Origin: Dehalococcoidia bacterium
Lineage (GTDB): Bacteria; Chloroflexota; Dehalococcoidia; Bin125
Assembly: GCA_963555985.3 (NCBI GenBank)
Contig: OY820591.1
Span: 416,001-480,000 of the forward strand
Direction of reading: 5' to 3'
Length of the DNA: 64,000 nucleotides
Shown here piece by piece: positions 36,961 through 47,550 of this stretch. The number at the start of each line of letters is the position of its first letter. Position 1 is the first letter of the stretch. Under the pieces are notes generated by a model, which was given only the letters and a program-made list of their open reading frames with translations, was not told where the DNA came from and ran no database searches. Both the position numbers and the translations under genes were made by a program.

Positions 36961-39650
36961 AGCTGCGCTCGCTCGCCGTCAACCAGTTCAAGAAGTTCAC
37001 TACTCCCAGCCGCCTCGAGGGGATCGACGATGCGCTCAATCTAGTGGTGGGTCCGAACGAGTTGGGCAAGTCGACGCTGCTCGACGCCTTGCGCGCGGTG
37101 CTGTTCGAGCGTTATAGCTCGCGGGCGCGGCCGATCATGGCCTTGCAGAACGATCGCAGCGGGGCTGCGCCGGTAGTTGAGTTGGTCTTTGAAGTCGCGG
37201 GCGGTGAGTACAGGTTGACCAAGCGTTTCGTGAAGAGCGCCTACGCGCAGCTGCGCTGTCCAGACGGCACGCTGCTCGAAGCCGATGCCGCCGAAGCGGA
37301 ACTGCGCCGCTTGCTCGGCTTTCGTGAGGCGGGCAGCCGCGGGGCGAATCTCGAAACCCTGGGGATGTGGGGCGTGCTCTGGGTGCAGCAGGGGCAGTCC
37401 TTCGGGCGGCCGGATCTGCCCGAATCGGCCCTCGCCAGCCTCAGCGCGGGACTCGAATCGGAAGTGGGAGCAGTGCTGGGCGGTCGGCGCGGACGGCAGC
37501 TGCCGCAGGTGATTGAGCAGCGCCGGGGCGAGCTGATCACGGCGGCGCGGCGTCAGCCGCGCGGCGAGTACAAGGAGGCTCTTGATCAAGTCGAAGGACT
37601 GCAAGAGCAACTCCACACGCAACAGGCGCAGCGCCAGGAGAGCTCGGAGACATTGGAACAACTGGAGGCCGCTGAGGGCCGCCTGCGCCGGCTTGAGTAC
37701 AGCGATCAGGATCAACTCGATAGCGAAGATTTGCAGCTCACCCGCGAACGTCTGGCTCAGGAGAACCTACTCGAATCGCGGATTGAAGCCGCGCAGAGCG
37801 ATCTACAGCTGCGCCGCGATCAGTGGGAGCGGGCCCGGCGAGCCGCCGCCGCTCGCGCCGATGCGAGAGCTGAACTCAAACAGGAGGCCGCCCAGCTCAG
37901 TGCCGAGCGCCGCCGCCTCGCCGATCTGGAAACCGAAGACCGCGACTCGGCGGCGCAATTCGAGTTCCTGCGTCAGCGCGTCGCGCAGGTGGAGGCGGCT
38001 GCCGTCGCTGCGGAAGACGACGCTGGCCGTCTGCGCGACACGCTCGATTCGCTGCTCTCCAGCGCAGAACTGCGCCAACTTGAGCAGCAACATGATGCGG
38101 CTGCGGCCGCTCAGGAGCAGCTCGAGCAGGCCCGCCGCGAGTCCGAATCGATCCGTGCCACCGATCAGGCTTTACGCCGAATCCGCGAGGCTCTCAACGC
38201 TCACGACCGGGTGCAAGCCCAGATCGGCGGCGCAGCGACCAGAGTCCGCTTCGAGATTCCCCCCGAACAGCGGGCGGGCATCGAACTGAACGGAACACCG
38301 CTGATCGATTCGGAGGCGCCGATCGAGACCGTTGAGCCGCTTGTGATCTCCATCCCCGATCGCGGGCGCATCGTGATCGATCCGAATGTCTCCGATCGCG
38401 AGCTGCTGTTGGATGCGCGCAGCAGCGCCGAGGCGGAGCTGCGGGCCGCGTTGGAGGCGGCCGGCGCGGTCTCGCTGGCGGACGCCGAGTTACAGGCGGA
38501 GCGCCGGCGCGGGCAGGAGCAGGCGGCGGCGCTGGCGCGGCAGCGGCTCGAGTTGCTCGCGCCGGAGGGGATCGCTGCGTTGCGCGAACGTCTGGACAGC
38601 CTGCGCAACCGTCTCGCTGTGCGTCCGCCGGTGACGGACGATCAGCAGCCGCACACGCCGGAAGAGGCGGAGCAGGCCGTGCGTAAGGCGGAGGAGACTC
38701 TGCGCGAAGCCCGAGAGCAGGAACGCGCCGCCCGAGCCGCCGCTGCCGAGCGCGGTGAGGCCGTCGCCCAACAGCGCGAGCGTATCCGCGCCCTCCGCGC
38801 CGAGATTGACTACCGCGACGATCTGCTCGAGCGCCGCCGTACAGAATTCGCGCGAGCCGAAGAGGAACAGTCCGACGACCAGCTGGCGCTCGAGCTCTCC
38901 GCCGCGCAACAGCAGGCTGAACTGAGTGAGAGCGTCGCGCAGACATTGACCGCCAAACGCTCAGCGGGGGCGCGTACGCAGCTGGAGGCGCGGATCGCGC
39001 GGCTTGAGACTGTCCTGCGCGAACGCGGTCAGACTCGCGCGGACCTTCGGACCGAGGTTGCACGGCTCCGTGAGCGGGTCGAACTGCACGACAGCGCCGG
39101 GATCGACGAAGCGATCGAGCACAGCGAGCGCGAACTCGAACAGGCCGTCCGTGAACGCGAGCGGCTGGCGCGGGAGATCGCCGTGCTTGATCTCCTGGCC
39201 GACACGCTCGACGAGGCGGCCAGCGAGGCCCGCGAGCGCTATCTCGCGCCGGTGCTCGATCGTGTTCGCCCCTATCTGCAAATGCTCTTCCCCAACGCCG
39301 AGATCGCAATGGACGAGAACCTTGAGATTGTGGGTATGTCGCGCCAGGCTGGGTACGAGGAGCGCTTCGATCATCTCAGCATGGGCACCCAGGAACAGAT
39401 CGCGGTGCTCGTCCGCCTCGCCTTCGCCGAGATGCTGGTTGAACAGGGCGCTCCGGCGGCGGTGATTCTGGATGACGCGCTGGTCTTTTCCGACGACCAG
39501 CGCATGAGCCTGATGTTCGACATCCTCTCGCACGCCGCCCAGCGTGTGCAGATCATCGTCTTCACCTGCCGCGAGCAACTCTTCGAAGGCCTCGGCGCGC
39601 GCCAGCTCCAGCTTGTCCCGGCCGACCGGGAGTCTCTCCGCTCGGCCTAG
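36957..39650 (+). CDS. Rad50/SbcC-like SMC ATPase (YhaN-like)
   Basis: Walker A GPNELGKST, long coiled coil, LSMGTQEQ signature, Walker B ILDD. Confidence 0.9.
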   Translation: MKLRSLAVNQFKKFTTPSRLEGIDDALNLVVGPNELGKSTLLDALRAVLFERYSSRARPIMALQNDRSGAAPVVELVFEVAGGEYRLTKRFVKSAYAQLRCPDGTLLEADAAEAELRRLLGFREAGSRGANLETLGMWGVLWVQQGQSFGRPDLPESALASLSAGLESEVGAVLGGRRGRQLPQVIEQRRGELITAARRQPRGEYKEALDQVEGLQEQLHTQQAQRQESSETLEQLEAAEGRLRRLEYSDQDQLDSEDLQLTRERLAQENLLESRIEAAQSDLQLRRDQWERARRAAAARADARAELKQEAAQLSAERRRLADLETEDRDSAAQFEFLRQRVAQVEAAAVAAEDDAGRLRDTLDSLLSSAELRQLEQQHDAAAAAQEQLEQARRESESIRATDQALRRIREALNAHDRVQAQIGGAATRVRFEIPPEQRAGIELNGTPLIDSEAPIETVEPLVISIPDRGRIVIDPNVSDRELLLDARSSAEAELRAALEAAGAVSLADAELQAERRRGQEQAAALARQRLELLAPEGIAALRERLDSLRNRLAVRPPVTDDQQPHTPEEAEQAVRKAEETLREAREQERAARAAAAERGEAVAQQRERIRALRAEIDYRDDLLERRRTEFARAEEEQSDDQLALELSAAQQQAELSESVAQTLTAKRSAGARTQLEARIARLETVLRERGQTRADLRTEVARLRERVELHDSAGIDEAIEHSERELEQAVRERERLAREIAVLDLLADTLDEAASEARERYLAPVLDRVRPYLQMLFPNAEIAMDENLEIVGMSRQAGYEERFDHLSMGTQEQIAVLVRLAFAEMLVEQGAPAAVILDDALVFSDDQRMSLMFDILSHAAQRVQIIVFTCREQLFEGLGARQLQLVPADRESLRSA

Positions 39651-39716
39651 CGGGCTGCACTGGGGAGTCATACTCGAGGAGGCTCAGGCAGTCTGAGCGA
39701 ACGTACGCTGGAGGGT

Positions 39717-41597
39717 ATGCAGACGCTCCGGCGGCTCGCAGGACTCGTATCGGCGGTGCTGTGCACGGCCTTGCTCCTGGCCTGCGCTCAGCCGGAACAG
39801 GCAGAGCAGACAGCGCCGCCCGCTCCTACCGCTGCTGAGCGCGCGCCGGCGCAAGCTGCCCAAGCAGAAACGGCTCCGTCCCAGGAGGGCGTCTGCTCGC
39901 GTACGCCTGCGGTGCGGGACGCGCTCGTTGCAGCTATTGAAGGAGTTGACGACTGCGCTGCTGTCACCGCCCGACAGCTCGTCTCGATCGACGGCGCGCT
40001 CGACCTCAGCGGCGCGGGCATTCATACGCTTCGCGCGCATGACTTCAGCGGCCTCTTCAAGCTGCGCGAACTTCGTCTCAACGATAACCAGATTCGCCGG
40101 CTGCCCCCGGAGCTCTTTGCCGACCTCTCCGATCTTCGTCTCCTCCACCTCCACAACAATCCCGGCGCTCCCTTCCCGATCAGATTGCGCCTGATTGAAA
40201 CTAGATTCGAGGACATACCCGGCGTCGCGATCGAAGTGCCGACTGCCGCTCCTTTCCTGATCGACGTTCGTCTGCTCAACGAACACGTCGCCCTCTCCGG
40301 TGCGTTTGTGCGGATCGAAGCAGGCAAGCGCTACAGCGCAGATGTGCAGACCGGCGGCATTTTCGGCTCCGATCAGGGCCGGATCCGGATCGTGGATGCA
40401 ACGTCTGTGCCCAGCGACCGCTGCAACGGCGACCTGTGCTGGCAGGGCCTGACCATCGTCCCGGATCCGACAGCGTTGATCGTGCGCGCCCCGCAGCAGG
40501 ACGCCGGAGTTCATGCGTCTGCTTCTGGCCTCTGTGCCGGGATGCCTACGCAGGTCACCGTGGTCACTCCGCAGAGCTTCGAACACGATGCGCGCATCGT
40601 GCGTCGGGTCTTCGCTCCTTCCGGACAGTGTTCGAGCGCCGTCACGATCAGTCCGGCCCCGAACCGGCCACGCAGAGTGTGCACGCTCACCCAGTACGTC
40701 ACGCCCACCCGCCACGGCTCGAGCGCGTCACATGAGCGCGAGGGCGATTGCCGTTGGCTGGAAATCGAGCATCAGTCCAGTCAGGGCGCGATCCAATCGG
40801 ACACACCCGCCTGTGGCGATCCCGGTGCGCTCACGATCATCGCCAACGCCGAGACCTTCAATCACCGCGGCCGGATCGATGCAGTCTCCTTCGACCCTGA
40901 GACTCGCTGCTACTCCTTCCTGAGCGCCGCGCAAGACCCGAATCGAGCCGAACCGTTCATGTTTTCGCCCGATCAAGAGTGCGTGATCCAGCGAAACCAG
41001 GCTCCGGTCGGTGATTGCGGTGCGATCGTGTTCTGGAGTGGAGAGGGCGTTGGCGGCGTCCGTAACCTTGTGGAAGCTCAAGCCGAGGTCGCGCGCATCC
41101 GGCCACACCGCCAAGGTGAAGAGGAAGCGCAACGGCTCGGATTGATTGAGGCCTGCCGACAGCTGCCGCCGCTCTCCGTCACCGCCGACGCCGGATCATT
41201 CAACGAACAGCGCCTGCTCTATGCGATCGGCGCGGATCCCGACGAGCTCTGCTTCATCACGCTCTATGTCGCCGCCCATCCAGCTGCCGACGAGTCGCGC
41301 GTGCTTGCTGCGGGCGAGCAATGCACGATCAGCGCAACGTTTCAGCTGCTTGGCTTCCCCTATCTCCTGCCGACAACGCAAACCGGCGATTGCGAGGCGT
41401 TGATCCATTGGACGCAGTTCTGGCCTGCGGAAGGCGACGCTTCTGTGGAGGAGATCACACATTGGGCGGAGAGCATCGCGCGGCAACTGGCCGGAACGAG
41501 CGCCGAGGAGTGGGCCGCGCTGGAGTCGCAGTTCTTCTGCATCAACGATGTCTGCACACTCCGACCGTCCGCCGGCGCAGGAGACGAAGAACGGTAG
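39717..41597 (+). CDS. Lipoprotein with leucine-rich repeats and three Cys-rich modules
   Basis: Lipobox LLAC; VCSRTPAVRD..C cap; LxxLxLxxNxI LRRs; three 4-Cys repeats. Confidence 0.8.
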   Translation: MQTLRRLAGLVSAVLCTALLLACAQPEQAEQTAPPAPTAAERAPAQAAQAETAPSQEGVCSRTPAVRDALVAAIEGVDDCAAVTARQLVSIDGALDLSGAGIHTLRAHDFSGLFKLRELRLNDNQIRRLPPELFADLSDLRLLHLHNNPGAPFPIRLRLIETRFEDIPGVAIEVPTAAPFLIDVRLLNEHVALSGAFVRIEAGKRYSADVQTGGIFGSDQGRIRIVDATSVPSDRCNGDLCWQGLTIVPDPTALIVRAPQQDAGVHASASGLCAGMPTQVTVVTPQSFEHDARIVRRVFAPSGQCSSAVTISPAPNRPRRVCTLTQYVTPTRHGSSASHEREGDCRWLEIEHQSSQGAIQSDTPACGDPGALTIIANAETFNHRGRIDAVSFDPETRCYSFLSAAQDPNRAEPFMFSPDQECVIQRNQAPVGDCGAIVFWSGEGVGGVRNLVEAQAEVARIRPHRQGEEEAQRLGLIEACRQLPPLSVTADAGSFNEQRLLYAIGADPDELCFITLYVAAHPAADESRVLAAGEQCTISATFQLLGFPYLLPTTQTGDCEALIHWTQFWPAEGDASVEEITHWAESIARQLAGTSAEEWAALESQFFCINDVCTLRPSAGAGDEER

Positions 41598-41715
41598 GCG
41601 CTCGCGAACCACCTGCGCGTTGCAAATTCGTTTGCCAATCGCCATACTCCCTCCAACTGGGGCCAGGATGCGCATATTCGGCTCGTCTGCGCCCGGATCC
41701 GAGAAGGAGTGAACA

Positions 41716-43614
41716 ATGACAGAACGCAACTATTGGCAGCGAATGCGACGGTCTCGCATGAGTCGGCGCGGACTCTTGCGGGCTTCGGCCCGAGCCGGGG
41801 TTGGTGCAGCCGGCCTTGCCCTGGTCGGCTGCGGCGACGATGACGACGACGCCGTCGCGCAGGTCCAGCAGCAGCAACAGCAGCAGGCTCAGCCCGCGGC
41901 TCAGGCGCAGCAGCAAGATCAGCAGCAGCAGGCCGCGCCCGCCCAGCAGCAGCAACAGGCCCAGCAACAGCAAGCCGAAGCGCAGGCGCAGCAGGCCGAA
42001 CAGCAGGAGCAGCAGGCGGCGGCTCAGCAGCAACAGGATCAGCAACAGGCGGTCGCCGCGGCTGATTCGGCGCGCGAAGGCGACACCGACTGGGAGCGCA
42101 CCGTCACCGTGGCGGTACCCAACGCGGTCGGCGGCCTCGACGTGCAGGCGCCGGGCAACTACACGCTCAAGTGGAACGGTCCGCTGCACTTCGATCAGTT
42201 GCTCCAGTACGACCTGGTCACCCGCGAGATCGTGCCGCATGTGGGGAACTTCGAGTGGATCGAGGACTTCACGGCCCTGCTCTGGCACGTCAATCCCGGG
42301 CACGCCTGGCACGATGGCACGCCGCTCACGGCTGAGGACGTCAAGTTCTCAATTGAGCGCGCCGGCGGTACTGCCGCGTACAACGAGAGCGGGACATACG
42401 AGACAGGGATCGCGTACATCATCTCCGCTGTCAACGGCACTGCGGAAGTGATCGACGACTTGACCCTGCGCCTGCCCGTCAATACTGACGTCACCGCTCC
42501 GGGCAGCGTTGGTACGACGATGCCGCTCGTCCCGAAGCACCGGATCGAAGAGCTGGGCGACGAGGGCTATAACCGCGACGGTTTGGCCAGCGGGCCGTTC
42601 CAACTCGCCAATTTCGAGCCTGACATCGAAGTCCGCAGCGTCCGCAACGACAACTATCCGATCGGCTACGAGAACCTGAACCGCAAACACCGCCCCTGGG
42701 TCAAGGAGATCGTGCAGTCGGTGCGGCCCGAGCCGGTCGCGCGACTGGCTGCGATCCAGGCAGGCGAGGCCGACGTCACACCGTCGCTTGAGTGGGAGTT
42801 GGTGCAGGAGTTCGTCGATGAGCCCGGCTACGAGGTGCTCTTCGACCCGGGCTGCTGCCCGCACACGATCTTCCCGAACACGCTGGTGCCGATGTTCGAG
42901 GACGGCTCCAACGCCTACCGCGACATCCGCGTGCGACAGGCGATGAACCACGCCGTTGACGTGGAGACGATCTACACCACGTTGGCAACCGGCCGCGAGC
43001 AGCGCGCCTACGGGATCGGCACGCGGCAACTTGGCGGGATGCAGCCCGAGCAGTCGGGTCCGCTGACGATGGAGTACGACCCTGAAAAGTCGGTCCAGCT
43101 CTTGGACGCCGCCGGCTACCCCGAAGGGTTCGAGTCGGACTTCTACGGCACCGCCGGCTTCTTCGCCTGGACCGACCAGATCGCGCTCTCGGTGCAGCAG
43201 TACCTGGATGTAGTTGGGATCCGGACGAACCTGCAACTGGATCCGCTGCCCGACTTCCGCGCGCGGATGGCGCAGCGAGACGTGCCCGGCTTGCATTACT
43301 ACTTCACCAACCAGTCGCCTGACCCGTTCCAGGTGATCAACGCCGAGGTGGCCGAAGGCGGCACGCTCTCGGTGGCGGAGTACCCCGGCTCGGGCATTCA
43401 GGAGTTGGTCGAGGCGCAGCGCTCGGAGTTCGACCCGGAGAAGCGGAAGCAGTATCTCAACGAGCTCGCCCAGCTGATCTACACCAACGCCTCCTGGCTG
43501 TTCCTCTTCGAGACCGTCGGTACCGGACTGATGCGCGACGACCTCGAGTGGGACATGAAGGGCAACTCACGCGACTACGGCGGCCTCTGGGGTATCCGGC
43601 CACTCGTCACCTAG
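41716..43614 (+). CDS. ABC transporter family-5 substrate-binding Tat lipoprotein
   Basis: SRRGLL..LALVGC leader, polyQ linker, WHDG.PLTAEDVKFS, SGPF and RVRQAMNHAVD motifs. Confidence 0.9.
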   Translation: MTERNYWQRMRRSRMSRRGLLRASARAGVGAAGLALVGCGDDDDDAVAQVQQQQQQQAQPAAQAQQQDQQQQAAPAQQQQQAQQQQAEAQAQQAEQQEQQAAAQQQQDQQQAVAAADSAREGDTDWERTVTVAVPNAVGGLDVQAPGNYTLKWNGPLHFDQLLQYDLVTREIVPHVGNFEWIEDFTALLWHVNPGHAWHDGTPLTAEDVKFSIERAGGTAAYNESGTYETGIAYIISAVNGTAEVIDDLTLRLPVNTDVTAPGSVGTTMPLVPKHRIEELGDEGYNRDGLASGPFQLANFEPDIEVRSVRNDNYPIGYENLNRKHRPWVKEIVQSVRPEPVARLAAIQAGEADVTPSLEWELVQEFVDEPGYEVLFDPGCCPHTIFPNTLVPMFEDGSNAYRDIRVRQAMNHAVDVETIYTTLATGREQRAYGIGTRQLGGMQPEQSGPLTMEYDPEKSVQLLDAAGYPEGFESDFYGTAGFFAWTDQIALSVQQYLDVVGIRTNLQLDPLPDFRARMAQRDVPGLHYYFTNQSPDPFQVINAEVAEGGTLSVAEYPGSGIQELVEAQRSEFDPEKRKQYLNELAQLIYTNASWLFLFETVGTGLMRDDLEWDMKGNSRDYGGLWGIRPLVT

Positions 43615-43644
43615 CGTCGACCACTCCCTGCAGGAAGGCCGGAC

Positions 43645-44583
43645 ATGGGTCCGCAGAGTATCTCCGCGATCCTGATTTCGCGCCTCCTGCAGGGGATTCT
43701 GGTCGTGTTCCTGGTCGTTTCGATCGTCTTCCTGGTTTCGCGTCTGGCGCGCAACCCGGTCGAATATCTGACCACGGATGAGACCACGGTCGAAGAGAAG
43801 GAGCTGCTCAAAGAGCAGCTTGGGCTGAGCGGCCCGATCGGCATCCAGTACGTCAACTTTCTCTATGACGCGGTCCAGGGTGATCTTGGCAATTCGTTCA
43901 TCAGCGCGCGTCCGGCGTTGAGTGAGGTCAGCAGCCGCGCGGTGAAGACACTGCAGCTCGGCGTCGCCGCGCTGATCTTCTCGATGGTCCTGGGGATTCC
44001 CCTGGGGATCATTGCGGCGCTGAGACGAGCGACGCCGACGGACTGGCTGGCACGGCTGCTGGCCGTGCTCGGGCAGGCGACGCCCAACTTCTGGTTGGGC
44101 TTGATGCTGATCTTCTTCTTCTCGGTCCAGCTGGACTGGATGCCGACCGGCGGCAGCGGCGGGATCGAACACATCGTCTTGCCGACGATCACCCTGGGCT
44201 TGCTGTCCTCGGCGATCTCGATGCGATTGACCCGTTCCGGCATGATTGACGTGATGAACACCGATTTCGTCCGCACCGCGCGGGCGAAGGGCTTGCGCGA
44301 ATCGACGATCATCTGGCGTCACGCCCTGCGGCACGCCCTGCTGCCGGTGGCGACCATCCTCGGGATCCAGGTGGGATACCTGATCGCGGGCACGATCATC
44401 GTTGAGCAGGTCTTCGCCTGGCCCGGGATCGGGCGGCTGATGCTGCACACGATCACGGTGGGCGACTTCCCGGTCCTGATCGCCGCGATCCTGGTGATCT
44501 CGACCAGCATCGTGGCGGCCAACATCCTGGTCGACCTGTCCTATCCGATCATCGATCCGCGCATCCGGGCAGGAGCGCGCTAA
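43645..44583 (+). CDS. DppB/OppB-type permease
   Basis: RTARAKGL EAA loop and VEQVFAWPGIG motif. Confidence 0.93.
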   Translation: MGPQSISAILISRLLQGILVVFLVVSIVFLVSRLARNPVEYLTTDETTVEEKELLKEQLGLSGPIGIQYVNFLYDAVQGDLGNSFISARPALSEVSSRAVKTLQLGVAALIFSMVLGIPLGIIAALRRATPTDWLARLLAVLGQATPNFWLGLMLIFFFSVQLDWMPTGGSGGIEHIVLPTITLGLLSSAISMRLTRSGMIDVMNTDFVRTARAKGLRESTIIWRHALRHALLPVATILGIQVGYLIAGTIIVEQVFAWPGIGRLMLHTITVGDFPVLIAAILVISTSIVAANILVDLSYPIIDPRIRAGAR

Positions 44584-45482
44584 TGTCGACGCAGGCGGCA
44601 GCGCCCGCCAGCGGGATCATTCGCCGCCGTTTCCGTCTCGGCGTGTCGTGGCAGCGCGCTGCCTTGCTTGCCCCGGCACTGATCATCCTGGGCGTGTTTC
44701 TGGTCGCCGGGATCTTCGCCGACCTGTTGTCGGCGTACGATCCGGAAAAGATCGACCTGATCAGCCGCCTGACTCCGCCAGCGCTGCAGGAGGGCGGCAG
44801 TTGGGCGCACCCTCTGGGTACCGACAACCTTGGCCGCGACATTCTCTCGCGGGTGATGCACGGCGCGCGAGTGTCGCTGCTGGTGGTGGTGACCTGTATC
44901 CCGGCGTCGGCCTTGATTGGGACACTGATCGGTTTGCTGGCGGGCTGGCGCGTGGGCTGGTGGGACCGGCTGCTGATGCGGCTCGTGGATGTGCAGTTGG
45001 CGTTGCCGGCGCTGCTCTTCGCGCTGTTGATTTCGGTGGTCTTCGGTCGCAGCCTGCTCAATGTGATCGTGATCATCATCATCTTCAGTTGGTCCGGCTA
45101 CGCCCGGCTGGTCAGGGCCGACGTACTCTCGCTGCGCGAGCAGGAGTTTGTCGTCGCCGCGCGGGCCAGCGGAGCCAGCGACAGACGCATCCTCTTCCGG
45201 CACGTCTTGCCCAACATCGTCAACACGATCGTGATCATGGCGACTCTGGACGTGCCGGCCGTGATCCTGATCGAGGCGGCGCTCAGCTTCCTCAACATCG
45301 GGGTCGCGCCGGGCACGCCCTCGTGGGGCGCGATGATCTCAGAGGGTCGCAACTTCATGACGATCGCCTGGTGGCCGATCTGGATGCCGGGGATCGCGAT
45401 CCTGTTGGTCTCACTGACCGGCAACCTGATGGGCGACTGGCTGCGGGATACGTTGGATCCGCGCTTACGCAACGTCCGCTAG
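44583..45482 (+). CDS. DppC/OppC-type permease
   Basis: HPLGTDNLGRD, EAALSF and GDWLRDTLDP motifs. Confidence 0.93.
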   Translation: MSTQAAAPASGIIRRRFRLGVSWQRAALLAPALIILGVFLVAGIFADLLSAYDPEKIDLISRLTPPALQEGGSWAHPLGTDNLGRDILSRVMHGARVSLLVVVTCIPASALIGTLIGLLAGWRVGWWDRLLMRLVDVQLALPALLFALLISVVFGRSLLNVIVIIIIFSWSGYARLVRADVLSLREQEFVVAARASGASDRRILFRHVLPNIVNTIVIMATLDVPAVILIEAALSFLNIGVAPGTPSWGAMISEGRNFMTIAWWPIWMPGIAILLVSLTGNLMGDWLRDTLDPRLRNVR

Positions 45483-45609
45483 CGACACGGACAATCTGAG
45501 CCACCGTTCAACTCTCGAAACTCACCATCCAAGGAATTCCTTACGTATTTTTGAAGGAACCCCCTGATCGTTGCAACCTTGTGTGGGTCATGTCATATTG
45601 ACGCTGCAC

Positions 45610-45663
45610 CAGAGAGTGGGTCCCACACAGAGAGTGGGTCCCACACAGAGAGTGGGTCCCACC
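45610..45663. repeat. 3 x 18-bp tandem repeat with an internal palindrome, abutting a start codon
   Basis: (cagagaGTGGGtCCCACa)3 directly followed by ATG 45664. Confidence 0.92.
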
Positions 45664-47550
45664 ATGAGCGAACAAAACTACTGGCAGCGGCTGCGGCGCA
45701 AGAGGATGTCGAGGCGCTCGCTCTTGCGCGCTTCCGCCCGCGCCGGAGTCGGTGCGGCCGGACTGGCGCTCGTCGGCTGCGGCGGCGATGACGACGACGA
45801 TGGGCAGCAGGCCGCCGCTCAGACTCAACAGCAAGCCGAACAGCAGCAACAGGCCGCCGAACAGCAGGCGATGCAACAGGAGCAGCAGGAGCAGACTCAA
45901 CAGGAGGCGGACGAGCAGGCAGCAGTCGCTCAGGCGCAGCAGCAGGCCCAGGCCCAGGCAGCTCAGGATGTGCGCCGCGGCGGTACCTGGAGGATTTCGG
46001 ACGCGTTCGCTCCGCAGTGGGGCTTCGACCCACTGGTGACTCCCTCGGGCGGTGACCACTACCAGTCGATCCCGATCTTCTACGACCGCCTGCTCAACTA
46101 CGACGCGCAGGGCGCAGCGTTGCCGATGCTCGCGGAGGCGTGGGAGATCCCCGACGACGTGACCTACGTGTTCAGCCTGCGACCGGGACTGACCTATCAC
46201 GACGGAACGGCCGTCGACGCCGCCTCGATCCAGACCAACATGGACCGAATCGTCAACATCGAGGAAGAGAGCGTCGAGGCGACGCCGAATCAACGTGCGG
46301 TCACGCTCGGTCAGACGATGGCAAACTCCGAGGCGATCGACGACGTGACCTGGCGGTACGTGGCCAACGAGGTCTTCGCGCCAACGCTGTCGCTGTTCTA
46401 CGGCAAACCGCCGGGCATCGCGCCGATTGCGCCCGACTCGTTTGACACCGCCGTGACGCATCCGGTCGGGGCCGGCCCCTTCACCTTTGACAACTACATC
46501 GAAGGTCAGGAACTGACCGCCACCAGGTTCCCGGACTACTGGAACGCCGAGAACATCTACTTCGACAACTACAGCTTTGAGATCCTGCCGGACTCGAACA
46601 CGCAGTGGTTGGCTTTCCTGGGCGGTGACCATGATGTGGTTCGTGTTCCCGGATCACTGGCTGCCGACGCCGACCAGATGGCGGACATCGAAGATGACGG
46701 CTTCGTCGTACTGGGCGACGTATCGAGCGTCTTCGTCCAGACCTGGTTCAATATCAATCCCAGCGGGCCGGAGGAGCTGACGATCTGGCGCGACCCGCGC
46801 ATGCGGCACGCGATCAACCTGGCGACCGACCGCCACGCGATCAACGACGCCGCCTTCAACGGGACCGGCGCGGCCTCGCGCGCGCCGATCGGCGTGACCA
46901 CGCCGCTGCTGCCCAAGGATGTCGACTGGTACGACGACTCGCCCAACCCGGCCGAAGCGGTCAAGCTGATCGACGCCGCCGGCTACACCGGTCAGGTGAC
47001 CGGCGACATGATGACCTACAGCATCGACCCACTCTATCTCGGTACGAGGCCGATGCACGCTCAGCTCGCGGAAGTCGGCATGGACTTCAACCTGGTTGAG
47101 GGCACGATCGCCGGCATCGTTGACCGCCTCTTCCAGGCGGAGGACTACGCCATCGCGGTACTCAGTTGGGAGTCGCCATTCGACCCGGATCAGATCCTGC
47201 GGCCGAGCATGAACGGACTGCGCGAGTGGTACTACAGCGGCGGGCGCGAGCAGTACGACGAGCTGCTGGCAGCCGGCAGCGAGTATGAGGTTGGTCTGGA
47301 AGAAGCGTCACGCCTGCAAGACCTGACGGCGCGCACGACGGACTTTGAGGAACGCGTGAAACGCTACGCCGAGTTCTTCGAAGTCTATGTCGAAGGCGCG
47401 TACACCGTGCCAATCATCCACTACCCGCTCAACTACGGATTCTCACCGGGGGTCAGACATACCGGGGACATCAACAGTCTGTTCCGAGGCTGCGATGGAA
47501 TCGGAGGGACGGCCGACATGCTGGCTGGGGTCTACAAGGTGGATACGTAG
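45664..47550 (+). CDS. ABC transporter family-5 substrate-binding Tat lipoprotein
   Basis: MSEQNYWQR..SRRSLL..LALVGC leader, polyQ linker, YHDGTAVDA and GAGPF motifs. Confidence 0.9.
   Translation: MSEQNYWQRLRRKRMSRRSLLRASARAGVGAAGLALVGCGGDDDDDGQQAAAQTQQQAEQQQQAAEQQAMQQEQQEQTQQEADEQAAVAQAQQQAQAQAAQDVRRGGTWRISDAFAPQWGFDPLVTPSGGDHYQSIPIFYDRLLNYDAQGAALPMLAEAWEIPDDVTYVFSLRPGLTYHDGTAVDAASIQTNMDRIVNIEEESVEATPNQRAVTLGQTMANSEAIDDVTWRYVANEVFAPTLSLFYGKPPGIAPIAPDSFDTAVTHPVGAGPFTFDNYIEGQELTATRFPDYWNAENIYFDNYSFEILPDSNTQWLAFLGGDHDVVRVPGSLAADADQMADIEDDGFVVLGDVSSVFVQTWFNINPSGPEELTIWRDPRMRHAINLATDRHAINDAAFNGTGAASRAPIGVTTPLLPKDVDWYDDSPNPAEAVKLIDAAGYTGQVTGDMMTYSIDPLYLGTRPMHAQLAEVGMDFNLVEGTIAGIVDRLFQAEDYAIAVLSWESPFDPDQILRPSMNGLREWYYSGGREQYDELLAAGSEYEVGLEEASRLQDLTARTTDFEERVKRYAEFFEVYVEGAYTVPIIHYPLNYGFSPGVRHTGDINSLFRGCDGIGGTADMLAGVYKVDT

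Noticed and set aside
35821-39650. Mre11/Rad50-like pair as a novel defence system
   Set aside because: It fits the known YhaO/YhaN (SbcD/SbcC-like) repair pair, and no associated effector genes are present.
45610-45663. Possible mini-CRISPR array
   Set aside because: The repeats are contiguous 18-mers with no spacers, and there are no cas genes in the window.
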